Shown in pieces: positions 49,701-58,851 of a DNA stretch of 64,000 nucleotides. The notes beneath the pieces were generated by a model. That model made no database searches and was not told the origin of the DNA. It worked only from the letters and a program-made list of their open reading frames with translations. The position numbers and the translations under genes are program-made. The stretch is taken from positions 3,595-67,594 of the forward strand of contig JAYZKL010000018.1 in assembly GCA_036163455.1 (NCBI GenBank). The letters run 5' to 3'. The stretch is from Pseudomonadota bacterium (GTDB lineage Bacteria > Pseudomonadota > Gammaproteobacteria > GCA-002705445 > GCA-002716945). Every line of letters starts with the position of its first letter. Positions within the stretch are counted from its first letter, which is position 1.

Positions 49701-49768
49701 CAGCATTAATTACTCTCTATTTAATACCAGCTCTTTATAAATTTATAGAAGCTAAAAAAGAATTCTAG
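46724..49768 (+). CDS. Efflux RND transporter permease (AcrB/HAE1 family)
   Basis: 1014 aa, 12-TM AcrB architecture with two large periplasmic loops. Confidence 0.85.
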   Translation: MHISELSIKRPVLAIVISLFLILIGLASYDKLTIREYPDIDNPVVSVTTIYRGASSEIIERDVTQIIEESISGISDIREISSQSKDETSTIRIEFNLGRDMDDATNDVRDKVARVASKLPENSDQPTVSKSDSDARQAVMWVGFTSDQLDSIELNDYLERNIIDRLSIVSGVASIIVGGERKYAIRIWLDPDKMSARQVTVSDILSSISQENVERPAGKVKSSLREMNVQVDSKLKNLDMFKQLVIKDYGDRKVRLEDISDIEIGAESRRGFLRANNKNAIGLGIVRQTKSNVLQVTNLVKKELEEIQESLPENINMSIGYDQSIFIDESISEVQLALFISMIMVIAVIYFFLFSPVATIIPAITIPVSIISTFSIIHFFGFSLNVLTFLALVLAIGLIVDDSIVVLENIKRRIENGEESYQASVNGAKQITFVVIATTVVLVSVFLPLSFMGGKTGRLFIEFGVVLSFAVIFSSLIALTLTPMLCSKIMKHDRQEKSEPKLLIKFKKFYEESLSFSQNNVKYVYIFSAAVVLISVILFQFISKELAPTEDRGIFIISVQGPEGATLKYTDKIVKEVEKELQTYVDNNEIKTLFSIVAPGFTGQAGASNSAFLFASLQPWDIRDRHQKTIVREIFPKLISMPGARIFTINPPSLGQNPFRSQVQLVISGDNYEDVGQWGNALKNEASILNLRAPNIDYTVNNPRLNLKINREKASELGITAEQLTKTIETLFASNRITTFSDRGLTYNVVLQAKKDFRINKNSFDNVFLKSPKFNKLIPLSNFVSFEETSVSKELKRINRMPSTILSASLIPGYPLGDALDDITSLSEEVLPINARLSYTGASREFFESGNKLELTILFAILVVYLVLAAQFESFRYPLTIMLSVPIAMTAGVYTLFVTGASLNVYSQIGFLMLIGLITKNGILVVEFANKLREDGLNAEDAIYKSSLIRLRPVLMTTISTMFGAIPLVLSSGAGAESRYSMAAVVFGGITLSALITLYLIPALYKFIEAKKEF

Positions 49769-50097
49769 TTTTTAGGTAAAACTTTTAAACCTTTCTGTTC
49801 TGAAAAATATTTTGATATATCAAGGATATCCTGTTCAGATAGAGTAGCGGCAAAGCCATTCATAATCGCATTGTCTCTTTCGCCATTTTTATATGCATTA
49901 AGTGAATGTATAAGATAGTTTTGATATTGACCAGCCAATTTAGGGTACATTATATTTTCTGAATTTCCATCAACGCCATGGCATGCTACACAGGCTTGAG
50001 CTTTTCTTTTACCATTATCATAATCTCCAGCAGCAAAAATAGTAGTGCTAAACATAAAAACTAGAATAAAAAATATTTGTTTGGAAAGTTTGATCAT
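49765..50097 (-). CDS. Monoheme c-type cytochrome (cytochrome c4-domain-like)
   Basis: Signal peptide, CVACHG heme motif, and PKLAGQ...Y...NGER c4-domain signature. Confidence 0.7.
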   Translation of the reverse strand: MIKLSKQIFFILVFMFSTTIFAAGDYDNGKRKAQACVACHGVDGNSENIMYPKLAGQYQNYLIHSLNAYKNGERDNAIMNGFAATLSEQDILDISKYFSEQKGLKVLPKN

Positions 50098-50414
50098 TTA
50101 ATTGACTCAAAAAATTTTGCAATTTGATTAATATCTTCATCAGTTAAACCTTTTGCATTAGCATGCATTGTATTGTGTTTTCTTTCCATTTTTTGATAGG
50201 CTTTTAAAGCTAATTTAATATATTCTGAATGTTGACCACCTAATTTTGGCACTTTGTACGTAGGATATACATTGTTATAACCAGGAACAGCATGGCAGCC
50301 AAGACAGGTTTCAGATTTTTGTTTTCCAGATAATATATCCGTGTCAGCAGAGGCGTTTGCTATTGCAAAAATTGTTAAAAAAGTTAATAGTTTGACTGAT
50401 TTTATAAATTTCAT
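50094..50414 (-). CDS. Monoheme c-type cytochrome (cytochrome c4-domain-like)
   Basis: Signal peptide, CLGCHA heme motif, and PKLGGQ...Y...M c4-domain signature. ATGA overlap with the downstream cytochrome gene. Confidence 0.7.
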   Translation of the reverse strand: MKFIKSVKLLTFLTIFAIANASADTDILSGKQKSETCLGCHAVPGYNNVYPTYKVPKLGGQHSEYIKLALKAYQKMERKHNTMHANAKGLTDEDINQIAKFFESIK

Positions 50415-50514
50415 ATAATAAATTAGTCAGCATTATAGCACTAAATTTATAATAGATAAAACGACAATTTTTTATATAATGATGGCATTTATCAAGCTAT
50501 AATTGATTTAGGTT

Positions 50515-50757
50515 ATGCCGATATATGAATATAAGTGCCAGGTATGTGGTTCTATCTTTGAGATATTTCAGAAAGTATCTGATCAAAAACTAAATAAGAC
50601 CTTATGTAGAGTTTGCAATAAGGAAACGATTGTAGATAAAATAGTATCCACATCTGGATTTAGACTGAAGGGTTCTGGTTGGTATGTAACAGATTTCAAA
50701 AATAAAGGTAAAAAACCAAAAGACCAGGCAAAGGACCAAACAAAAACGCCAAAATAA
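50515..50757 (+). CDS. FmdB-family zinc-ribbon protein
   Basis: MPIYEYKCxxCG...CxxC zinc-ribbon layout typical of FmdB-like proteins, which are commonly upstream of aspS. Confidence 0.7.
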   Translation: MPIYEYKCQVCGSIFEIFQKVSDQKLNKTLCRVCNKETIVDKIVSTSGFRLKGSGWYVTDFKNKGKKPKDQAKDQTKTPK

Positions 50758-50761
50758 TTTA

Positions 50762-52528
50762 ATGAAAAAATATTTATGTACTGATATATGTGAGTCTCTC
50801 TTAAATAAGGAGATAACTGTATATGGTTGGGTTTCTACTAGAAGAGATCATGGTGGTGTAATTTTTTTAGATTTAAGAGATTATTCAGGAATTTTGCAAC
50901 TTGTTTTTCACCCAGACAATAAACCTATTTTTGAAGTTGCTGAGAATATTAGGAGCGAATATGTATTGCAGGTAACAGGAACTGTTTGTAAGAGGCCAGA
51001 AGGTACGATTAACAATGATTTAAAAACTGGAAAAATTGAAATTGATGTAAAATCTGTTGTAGTCTTAAATAAATCTAAAACCCCACCTATACAGATTAAT
51101 GATGAAGAGTTAAATGAAGAACAGCGATTGCAATTTCGTCACTTAGATATCAGAAGTAATCATATGCAAAATAATTTAAGGTTTAGATCAAAACTTATTG
51201 CAATAATCAGAAATTTTTTTTATGAGAGAGAATTTGTTGACGTTGAAACCCCTGTACTAACAAAAACTACCCCTGAAGGAGCTAGAGATTATTTAGTTCC
51301 AAGCAGAATATATGCTAATAAATTTTTTGCTTTACCTCAGTCACCCCAATTATTTAAACAAACTCTCATGATTGGAGGGCTTGATAAATACTTTCAAATT
51401 GCAAAATGTTTTAGAGACGAAGATCTTAGGGCAGATAGGCAGCCTGAATTTACTCAATTGGATTTAGAAATGTCTTTTGTTGAAGAAAAAGACATTATGA
51501 ATTTATGCGAAGAACTTTTCTCAAAAATTTTCTCTGAACTAATGGACAAGACTCCTCCTATAAATTTTTGTCAAATGCAATATCCTGATTCTTTGAGAGA
51601 CTATGGATGCGATAAACCAGATTTGAGAAACCCATTAATTTTGCGTGAAATTAAAGAGATAGTTAGTGATGTTGAATTTAAAGTATTTTCTGCACATGCC
51701 AACAAAAAAGATTCAAGAATTGTTGCATTAAATGTACCTAATGGCTGTTCACTGAGCAATAAACAGATTGAAGACTATACTAATTTAGTTATGAAATATG
51801 GAGCAAAAGGTTTGGCTTATATCAAATGCAAAGATGTATCTAATATAGATCAAGGATTAGAATCTCCTATTAAGAAGTTCTTAAAAAAAGATGTTTTGTT
51901 AAAAATTATTGAGATAACCAGTGCGAAGAACAATGATTTGATATTTTTTTCTGCAGACACGAATGTAATTGTCAATGAATCAATGTCTTCTTTAATCAAA
52001 ACCTTAGGTAGTGACTTGAAACTATTAAAGGATACATGGGAGTTTGTATGGATTACAGGCTATCCTTTATTTGAACAAGAAACTAAGACAAATAACTTAA
52101 CATCTGTTCATCACCCTTTTACATCACCAGTTAACATTAATGATATTGATAAAAAAGATTTATTATCTATAGAATCAAGAGCATATGACCTTATTTTAAA
52201 TGGCAACGAAATAGGAGGTGGATCAATTCGAATACACTCCAAAGACTTACAAATTAAAGTTTTTTCTGCCCTAGGAATTGAAAAAGATGAAATGAATAAA
52301 AAGTTTGGTTTTTTCTTAAATGCATTAGATTACGGTTGCCCACCACATGGCGGAATTGCCTTTGGCATAGATAGAATTATAATGATTCTGCTTAAACTTA
52401 ATTCGATAAGAGATACAATTGCATTTCCAAAAACTCAATCAACATCTTGTATGTTAACAGAAGCCCCATCAGATGTAGATGATAAACAACTTAAAGAACT
52501 GTCATTGAAAACAATCAAAAATAATTAA
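50762..52528 (+). CDS. aspS: Aspartate--tRNA ligase
   Basis: Class II aaRS motifs (FRDEDLRADRQPEFTQLD, GGGSIRIH, GIDRI). 588 aa, bacterial-type with a GAD insertion. Confidence 0.95.
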   Translation: MKKYLCTDICESLLNKEITVYGWVSTRRDHGGVIFLDLRDYSGILQLVFHPDNKPIFEVAENIRSEYVLQVTGTVCKRPEGTINNDLKTGKIEIDVKSVVVLNKSKTPPIQINDEELNEEQRLQFRHLDIRSNHMQNNLRFRSKLIAIIRNFFYEREFVDVETPVLTKTTPEGARDYLVPSRIYANKFFALPQSPQLFKQTLMIGGLDKYFQIAKCFRDEDLRADRQPEFTQLDLEMSFVEEKDIMNLCEELFSKIFSELMDKTPPINFCQMQYPDSLRDYGCDKPDLRNPLILREIKEIVSDVEFKVFSAHANKKDSRIVALNVPNGCSLSNKQIEDYTNLVMKYGAKGLAYIKCKDVSNIDQGLESPIKKFLKKDVLLKIIEITSAKNNDLIFFSADTNVIVNESMSSLIKTLGSDLKLLKDTWEFVWITGYPLFEQETKTNNLTSVHHPFTSPVNINDIDKKDLLSIESRAYDLILNGNEIGGGSIRIHSKDLQIKVFSALGIEKDEMNKKFGFFLNALDYGCPPHGGIAFGIDRIIMILLKLNSIRDTIAFPKTQSTSCMLTEAPSDVDDKQLKELSLKTIKNN

Positions 52529-52532
52529 TTGA

Positions 52533-53549
52533 TTGATTAATAATCATATAAGACAATATAAAGAAATGAATGATTATAAAAATAAACTAAAAAAAATTAG
52601 ATCTTTGTTAGAACAGCATAATGCAAAGATAATTGCACATTATTATGTTGACGAATCACTCCAAAGAGTAGCAGAAGATACAGGTGGTTTTGTTAGTGAT
52701 AGTTTACAAATGGCTAGATTTGGCGCTGCTCAAAATGAACAAACTCTGATTGTTGCCGGAGTTAGATTCATGGGTGAAACAGCCAAAATACTAAATGCTG
52801 AGAAAAGAATACTGATGTTAGATATGGATGCTACTTGTTCCCTTGATACGAGTTGTCCTTATGAAAACTTTAGTAATTTTTGCAAACAATACCCTAATCG
52901 TGAAAAAGTAGTTTATGCCAATACGAGCGCACAAGTTAAAGCGATGTCAGATTGGGTAGTAACATCAAGTATAGCAGTACCCTTGGTTGAATATTTGACA
53001 TCCCTTGGAAAAAAAATAATTTGGGCCCCTGATAAGTTCTTAGGTGAATATATTATAGATAGAACTGGAGCTGATATGATACTTTGGGATGGATCCTGTG
53101 TTGTGCATGAAGAATATAAAACTAAGTCACTTATAAAACTTAAAAATAAATATCCAGACTCAGACATTTTAGTTCACCCTGAGTCTCCTAGAAGCATCAT
53201 TCAACTAGCTGATGTTGTTGGTTCCACTACAAAACTTATTAAGGCTTCACAAGAAAGCAAAAGAAAGTATATTATTGTTGCAACTGAAAAGGGGATACTA
53301 TATCAAATGAAAAAATTATCACCTAATAAAATATTTTTTGAAGCTCCTACAGAAGGGGATGGAGCAACTTGCAAGAGTTGTGGCAGGTGTCCATGGATGA
53401 ATATGAATACATTAGATAAGCTTATGAATATATTTGAAAATGATGCTAACGAAATAAAATTAGATTTAGAAACCATAAATAAAGCAAAATTACCAATTGA
53501 AAGAATGGTTAATTTTAATGAAAAGCAAACTATAAATTTGGCATCGTGA
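52533..53549 (+). CDS. nadA: Quinolinate synthase A
   Basis: Colinear with E. coli NadA (AHYYxD, GGxxSDSLxMARFGA, VAGVRFMGETAKIL, VYANTSAxVKAxxDWVVTSSIAV, WAPDKxLG, VHPESP, ATCxSCxxCPWM). The start could be 52533 or 52566. Confidence 0.9.
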   Translation: MINNHIRQYKEMNDYKNKLKKIRSLLEQHNAKIIAHYYVDESLQRVAEDTGGFVSDSLQMARFGAAQNEQTLIVAGVRFMGETAKILNAEKRILMLDMDATCSLDTSCPYENFSNFCKQYPNREKVVYANTSAQVKAMSDWVVTSSIAVPLVEYLTSLGKKIIWAPDKFLGEYIIDRTGADMILWDGSCVVHEEYKTKSLIKLKNKYPDSDILVHPESPRSIIQLADVVGSTTKLIKASQESKRKYIIVATEKGILYQMKKLSPNKIFFEAPTEGDGATCKSCGRCPWMNMNTLDKLMNIFENDANEIKLDLETINKAKLPIERMVNFNEKQTINLAS

Positions 53550-53555
53550 TAAGAT

Positions 53556-54269
53556 ATGGCCGGGCATAGTAAATGGGCAAATATACAGCATAGAAAAAAA
53601 GCTCAGGATAATAAAAGAGGAAAGGTTTTTACTAAAGTTATTAGAGAAATAACTGTTGCAGCAAGACTTGGTGGGCCAGATATATCAAGTAATTCAAGAC
53701 TCAGACTTGCTATTAGTAAAGCTAATTCTAGCAATGTACCAAAAGATACAGTTGAAAGAGCTATCAAAAAAGCGATCGGAAACAAAGAAGAGAATATTGA
53801 AGAAGTCGTTTATGAAGGGTATGGTCCTAATGGTATTGCAGTAATTATGGAATGTCTTACTGATAATAAAAATAGAACAGTTTCCGAACTTAGACATGTT
53901 TTATCTAAGTATGGTGGAAGCTTAGGAACTAATGGTTCTGTTGCTCATTTATTCAAGAAAGTTGGGATTATAAAAGTTTTAGATATGACAGAAGAGGAAT
54001 TAACCTCCCATATGGAAAGTATAGATTTGATAGATTTTGAAATAATAGAGGGTGGATGTATTTTATTTACAAATCCAAGTCAATTATTTGAAGTAAAAAA
54101 ATATTTAGAAGATAAATCAATTAAAGTAGAAAGTGAAGAGATTACAATGGACCCAATTACTCTAATAAACATAGATAATGATCAACAAACAAAAATTAAT
54201 AACCTATCTGATAAACTTGAAGAAATTGATGATGTACAAAATATTTATATGAATGTAAATCTTAGCTAG
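53556..54269 (+). CDS. YebC/PmpR family DNA-binding transcriptional regulator
   Basis: MAGHSKWANIQHRK N-terminus. Confidence 0.9.
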   Translation: MAGHSKWANIQHRKKAQDNKRGKVFTKVIREITVAARLGGPDISSNSRLRLAISKANSSNVPKDTVERAIKKAIGNKEENIEEVVYEGYGPNGIAVIMECLTDNKNRTVSELRHVLSKYGGSLGTNGSVAHLFKKVGIIKVLDMTEEELTSHMESIDLIDFEIIEGGCILFTNPSQLFEVKKYLEDKSIKVESEEITMDPITLINIDNDQQTKINNLSDKLEEIDDVQNIYMNVNLS

Positions 54270-54272
54270 AAT

Positions 54273-54770
54273 ATGACAAGAATACTCGGAATTGACCCAG
54301 GAACAAATATAACAGGATTAGGCATAGTTGATATAAGTGGATCAGATGTAAAATATATACATCATCAGACTTTAAAAACAGGAATTAAAAACAAATATTC
54401 TGTAAAATTAGCAACGATACATAAAGCTGTAAATCAAATAATTTTGGACTATAAACCTGAAGAAATAGCAATAGAATCAGTCTTTTTTAGTGTTAATGCA
54501 GCTACCGCCATAAAACTTGGACAGGCAAGAGGGGCAGCGCTCTCAGCATGTAGTATAAATAATTGTAATATTTTTGAATATAGTCCACGTAGAGTTAAAT
54601 TAGTAATTTCAGGACATGGAGCATCTGATAAGGAGCAACTACAAAAGCAGGTAAAAAAGATTTTAAACATACGCAGAAAGCTTGATGTTGATGCATCTGA
54701 TGCACTTGCTGTAGCTATCTGTCATGGAATTGTTTCAAATGAAAACCCTGAAAACCTAAAAATTTTATAA
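54273..54770 (+). CDS. ruvC: Crossover junction endodeoxyribonuclease RuvC
   Basis: ILGIDPGTNITGLGIV N-terminal catalytic Asp motif. Follows yebC as is typical. Confidence 0.9.
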   Translation: MTRILGIDPGTNITGLGIVDISGSDVKYIHHQTLKTGIKNKYSVKLATIHKAVNQIILDYKPEEIAIESVFFSVNAATAIKLGQARGAALSACSINNCNIFEYSPRRVKLVISGHGASDKEQLQKQVKKILNIRRKLDVDASDALAVAICHGIVSNENPENLKIL

Positions 54771-54772
54771 TT

Positions 54773-55414
54773 ATGAGTAGTCTTATCATTAATGAAATAT
54801 TTTATTCAATACAGGGTGAGAGTTTAAATACTGGTCAGCCAACAATTTTTGTAAGATTAACAGGGTGTCCTTTAAGATGTTTATATTGTGATACAGACTA
54901 CGCCTTTAATGAAGGAAATCAAATGTCTTTTAAAGAAATACTAACAAGAATAAATACTTATAAATGTAATAAAATCATGATAACAGGAGGAGAGCCGTTA
55001 TCGCAAAAAAATATCCTTAGTTTAATGAAAATGCTTTCTGACAACGGATTCTCTGTTTCAATTGAAACTAGCAATGCTATAAATATTAGCCAGATTGATA
55101 AAAGGGTTACAATAATTTTAGATGTAAAAACCCCAGGATCTGGAGAAGAAAAAAGAAATCTTTCAAATAATTATGAGTATTTAAAAAGTAGTGACCAAAT
55201 CAAATTTGTTATATGTAATCAAAAAGATTATGAATGGTCAAAAGAATATATTGCCAACTATAAGTTATTTGATAAATGTGAAGTATTGATGTCTCCATGT
55301 TATGAAACAATGAATGTAAAGCAGTTAGCTGAAAATATTTTAAAAGACTCATTACCAGCACGCCTTCAAATACAATTACATAAATTTATTTGGGGTGAAC
55401 AGCGTGGCAAATAA
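54773..55414 (+). CDS. queE: 7-carboxy-7-deazaguanine synthase (radical SAM)
   Basis: N-terminal IQGES, CPLRCLYCDT cluster motif. ~210 aa. Confidence 0.8.
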   Translation: MSSLIINEIFYSIQGESLNTGQPTIFVRLTGCPLRCLYCDTDYAFNEGNQMSFKEILTRINTYKCNKIMITGGEPLSQKNILSLMKMLSDNGFSVSIETSNAINISQIDKRVTIILDVKTPGSGEEKRNLSNNYEYLKSSDQIKFVICNQKDYEWSKEYIANYKLFDKCEVLMSPCYETMNVKQLAENILKDSLPARLQIQLHKFIWGEQRGK

Positions 55415-56096
55415 AAAAAAAGCAATTGTACTATTTTCAGGTGGAATAGATTCGGCCACCTCATTATTAATCGCTAAATCCCAAAATTTTGAATGCACTG
55501 CTTTAACATTAAATTATTCTCAAAGACACTCCTATGAGATAACTGCTAGCAAAAATTTTTTACGTGATTATAAAGATATAAAACATATAGTATTTGATAT
55601 AGATTTATCCAAGATAGGTGGTTCAGCTTTGACAGATAGTGACATAGAGGTACCTCATGCACCAACTGAAGGTATACCTATAACATATGTTCCTGCAAGG
55701 AATACTATTTTCCTCTCCATAGCTTCATCTTTTGCAGAAAGATATGAGATAGATGATATATTTTTAGGAGTTAATGAAATAGATTATTCAGGCTATCCTG
55801 ATTGTAGACCTGAGTTTATTAAAGCATTTGAAAAAATGATAAATCTAGCCACTAAAAGAAGTGTAGAAGGAATCAAATTAAATATACACACGCCATTAAT
55901 TAATATGTCTAAGTCAGAAATTATAAAGAAAGGAGTAGAGTTGGATATTGATTATTCAAAAACTCTATCATGTTATTCACCCGATGATACAGGTCAAGCT
56001 TGTGGTCATTGTGATTCATGTAGATTTAGGAAACAGGGGTTTTTGGATGCAGGAATTATTGATCCAACTCGATACAAAAAAATTGAAAAAGAGTAA
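55395..56096 (+). CDS. queC: 7-cyano-7-deazaguanine synthase
   Basis: PP-loop VLFSGGIDSAT and C-terminal zinc-binding CxxC...CxxC. Confidence 0.85.
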   Translation: MNSVANKKKAIVLFSGGIDSATSLLIAKSQNFECTALTLNYSQRHSYEITASKNFLRDYKDIKHIVFDIDLSKIGGSALTDSDIEVPHAPTEGIPITYVPARNTIFLSIASSFAERYEIDDIFLGVNEIDYSGYPDCRPEFIKAFEKMINLATKRSVEGIKLNIHTPLINMSKSEIIKKGVELDIDYSKTLSCYSPDDTGQACGHCDSCRFRKQGFLDAGIIDPTRYKKIEKE

Positions 56097-56131
56097 AGTT
56101 TATATTAACGTATGCTAATATAATTCAAAAA

Positions 56132-57331
56132 ATGGATATTACACTTAAACTATTATCATATACAGCAATTCTTGGCTTTATTCTTGGATACATAGTCAAT
56201 AAAACAAACTTCTGTACTATGGGTGCAGTTTCAGATTGGGTTAACATTGGTGATTTAAATAGGTTTAAAGCCTGGATGTTAGCCACATCAATTGCTGTAT
56301 TAGGTGTATCTATACTAGAATTTATTGAGATTATAAACCTTGACTCTAGCAGACCTCCATACAGAAGTTCTGTTTTCTTTTGGCCCAGATACTTAGTTGG
56401 TGGTTTGATGTTTGGAATTGGCATGACATTGACTAGTGGTTGTGGAAATAAAACTCTTATAAGACTTGGGGGTGGAAATTTAAAATCTTTCATTGTGATT
56501 TTAATTGCTGGCTCAATGGCTTATTTAATGACTAGAACAGGTTTTTATGGGTTAGTTTTTCATAGTTGGATGAGTCCAATTAGCCCCGACCTTGCAAAAG
56601 TTGGAATTGATAATCAATCTATTTCGACTATTCTTTCTAGTTTTTTCTTATCTGAAAATTTAGAAACTTTTAGATTTGCTCTAGGAATTATAATTTCTTT
56701 AGCAATTTTTTTATTTGTGATTAAAGCTGGAGATTTCTTTAATAATAAAAATAATTTTTTAGCCGGCCTTACTGTTGGAACAATTGTAGTTATATCATGG
56801 TTTTTAACTGGCGGACAATTAGGTAAGGAATGGATAGAATCAGTTGAATTTATGGATAACCCTCTACCAGGCGTCGGAGTACAATCTCTTACATTTATCA
56901 ATCCAATGGGCGAAACACTTATTTTTGCTAGTAATGCTGCTGACTTATATTATTTAACATTTGGTGTTACAACATTACTTGCTGTGATTGCTGGTTCCTT
57001 TGCATATGCTATCACTTCGAATAACTTTCGGTTTGAATGGTTTGTGTCATTACAAGATTTTAAAAGACATGTTTTTGGTAGTATATTGATTGGCATTGGC
57101 GGTGTTTTATCGCTTGGATGTACAATAGGGCAAGGTGTTACAGGAGTTTCTACTTTAGCGTTAGGATCCTTTCTTGCACTAGCCTCCATAATATTGGGTG
57201 CAGCAATTACTATGAAAATAGAATATTATAGTACAGTGTATGAAAACAATACGTTTTTAGATCATTTAAAATCAAGCTTAGCTGATTTGAAAATAATACC
57301 TAATAAATATAGGACTCTTGAAAAAATTTGA
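56132..57331 (+). CDS. YeeE/YedE family sulfur-compound (thiosulfate-type) transporter, two-repeat form
   Basis: Internal duplication of YeeE/YedE repeats with conserved Cys motifs (FCTMGAVSD in repeat 1; GCTIGQG in repeat 2). Confidence 0.7.
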   Translation: MDITLKLLSYTAILGFILGYIVNKTNFCTMGAVSDWVNIGDLNRFKAWMLATSIAVLGVSILEFIEIINLDSSRPPYRSSVFFWPRYLVGGLMFGIGMTLTSGCGNKTLIRLGGGNLKSFIVILIAGSMAYLMTRTGFYGLVFHSWMSPISPDLAKVGIDNQSISTILSSFFLSENLETFRFALGIIISLAIFLFVIKAGDFFNNKNNFLAGLTVGTIVVISWFLTGGQLGKEWIESVEFMDNPLPGVGVQSLTFINPMGETLIFASNAADLYYLTFGVTTLLAVIAGSFAYAITSNNFRFEWFVSLQDFKRHVFGSILIGIGGVLSLGCTIGQGVTGVSTLALGSFLALASIILGAAITMKIEYYSTVYENNTFLDHLKSSLADLKIIPNKYRTLEKI

Positions 57332-57332
57332 T

Positions 57333-57405
57333 GGGGCGTTAGCTCAGTTGGTAGAGCAGTGGCCTTTTAAGCCATTTGTCACAGGTTCGAATCCTGTACG
57401 CCCTA
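57333..57405 (+). tRNA. tRNA-Lys (anticodon UUU)
   Basis: Cloverleaf: acceptor GGGGCGT/ACGCCCT, D-arm GCTC-AGTTGGTA-GAGC, anticodon arm GTGGC-CTTTTAA-GCCAT, T-arm ACAGG-TTCGAATC-CTGT. Very similar to E. coli tRNA-Lys. CCA is not encoded. It starts 2 nt after the yeeE stop. Confidence 0.9.
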
Positions 57406-57431
57406 TAATTTAGTATGTCTATCTTATGATT

Positions 57432-57950
57432 TTATTGTATTTCAAAAGGTTCTTCGGATTGTAGATCATCACTACTATTTATATTTAAGCTTCTGTTTAT
57501 AGTTGTAGTAGTTTTCGGTCCAATTGTTATTTCTGATGCTGAATTATCAAACATTCTTTCAGATACTTTAATAGTGGCAAAACGTTCTTCTTTATCAAAA
57601 TTAATCAATATAAAGTCACTTCTAACTATGGCTATTTCAGTCCATCCATCCGCAGTCATTGCCCTACGATAAAAGCCTACGACTTCTTCTATTTCCATAT
57701 CATGCAATAAATACAAAACACCAGAAAAACGTTCACCTTCTCCAAAGATTATTGTTTTTGCTCTTAAGTATTTAGAATTGTCAGGAAGAGGTATAGATAT
57801 TTGCAATCTTTGATCTACACTAATTTCTTTAACTTCAGATGCATCCTCATTTTCAGACGAAAGCATTGAATCAAGTGTGGTGCATGAAGATAGTAGTAAA
57901 CTCACAGCTACTGTAAGTAGAGCAATTCTCCGGTTGAAGATATTTACCAT
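57432..57950 (-). CDS. Hypothetical lipoprotein encoded immediately downstream of soxA
   Basis: Signal peptide plus lipobox (LLSSC) when started at the internal ATG 57950 (MVNIFNRRIALL...). That start gives a 37-nt gap after soxA. The track's longer start at 58025 would overlap soxA. Confidence 0.5.
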   Translation of the reverse strand: MVNIFNRRIALLTVAVSLLLSSCTTLDSMLSSENEDASEVKEISVDQRLQISIPLPDNSKYLRAKTIIFGEGERFSGVLYLLHDMEIEEVVGFYRRAMTADGWTEIAIVRSDFILINFDKEERFATIKVSERMFDNSASEITIGPKTTTTINRSLNINSSDDLQSEEPFEIQ

Positions 57951-57987
57951 AAGATTAGTATAACCATTTTCTTTATGATTAGCACAT

Positions 57988-58851
57988 CTATTTTCTAGTT
58001 GACGGACCATTGGCCTCCAAACCATTACTAATAAATGTCATATAATATTCTAGATTTTTATATTCTTCACTTTGAGCTCTATATGGCTTGGCTCTGATTT
58101 GATTAAGGCATTGGGCAAATCTTTCATGCAAGGTAACCATTCTACCGGTATTAGTTCTATATGCAGGAAAGTGTGTAGGGTGACCAATTGCTGGACTTGT
58201 AATATCAGCGCGTAACGTAACACCTGTCTGCCACACATGGCAGTCAGCGCAGGAAAAGTTTAACTGACCTTTTTTAGTGAAGTATAATTTTTTTCCTTGT
58301 TCATAAGCATCTAATGCATCCATATTATTAGGTATTTCAATATCAAATACTTTTCCTCTTGATGTATATGCCATGTAAGCAGAGATATCACCCATATCAC
58401 CACCTTTATAATAACTAAGTGGTTTCTCGCCGTTATTTTTTCTACAGTTATTAATAGCTAATTCTAAAGTAATGATTTCGCCTTTATCTTCATCATAGTA
58501 TGGGTAATTTTGTCTTATACCTATACCTTCATTTTTAAAACAAGAAGAATAAGTATTTCCATTTTTAAAAGGAGTATTAAAAAGTTTCTCTCCATTTTCA
58601 ACATTAATTTCATAAGGAGGAAAGTCTTCTATAGATTCCCATTGTTCTCTTAGCCCAGCATCTATTGCATAAGCACCATTATTGTAGTCTTTAAAAGGTG
58701 TGTTGGGAAAACGATTATTAAAATATTCTCTAATCTCAGCTAAATCTTCTTCAGGAGAAGCATAGACTGGTATATTAATTGAAAAAAAACAAACGATTAA
58801 TAGAAATAAAAATTTTTTAAAAATTAAGATGATTTTATTTCCTATGATCAT
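57988..58851 (-). CDS. soxA: Sulfur-oxidation c-type cytochrome SoxA (monoheme type)
   Basis: Signal peptide and a single CADCH heme motif in a SoxA-like C-terminal context (GHPTHFPAYR, ERFAQC). Operon context with soxXYZ. Confidence 0.7.
   Translation of the reverse strand: MIIGNKIILIFKKFLFLLIVCFFSINIPVYASPEEDLAEIREYFNNRFPNTPFKDYNNGAYAIDAGLREQWESIEDFPPYEINVENGEKLFNTPFKNGNTYSSCFKNEGIGIRQNYPYYDEDKGEIITLELAINNCRKNNGEKPLSYYKGGDMGDISAYMAYTSRGKVFDIEIPNNMDALDAYEQGKKLYFTKKGQLNFSCADCHVWQTGVTLRADITSPAIGHPTHFPAYRTNTGRMVTLHERFAQCLNQIRAKPYRAQSEEYKNLEYYMTFISNGLEANGPSTRK

Noticed and set aside
57951-58025. Longer start for the post-soxA lipoprotein, overlapping the soxA 3' end by 38 nt
   Set aside because: The internal Met gives a textbook signal peptide plus lipobox at the very N-terminus. 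The upstream extension (MVWRPMVRQLENRCANHKENGYTNL) has no signal-peptide character.
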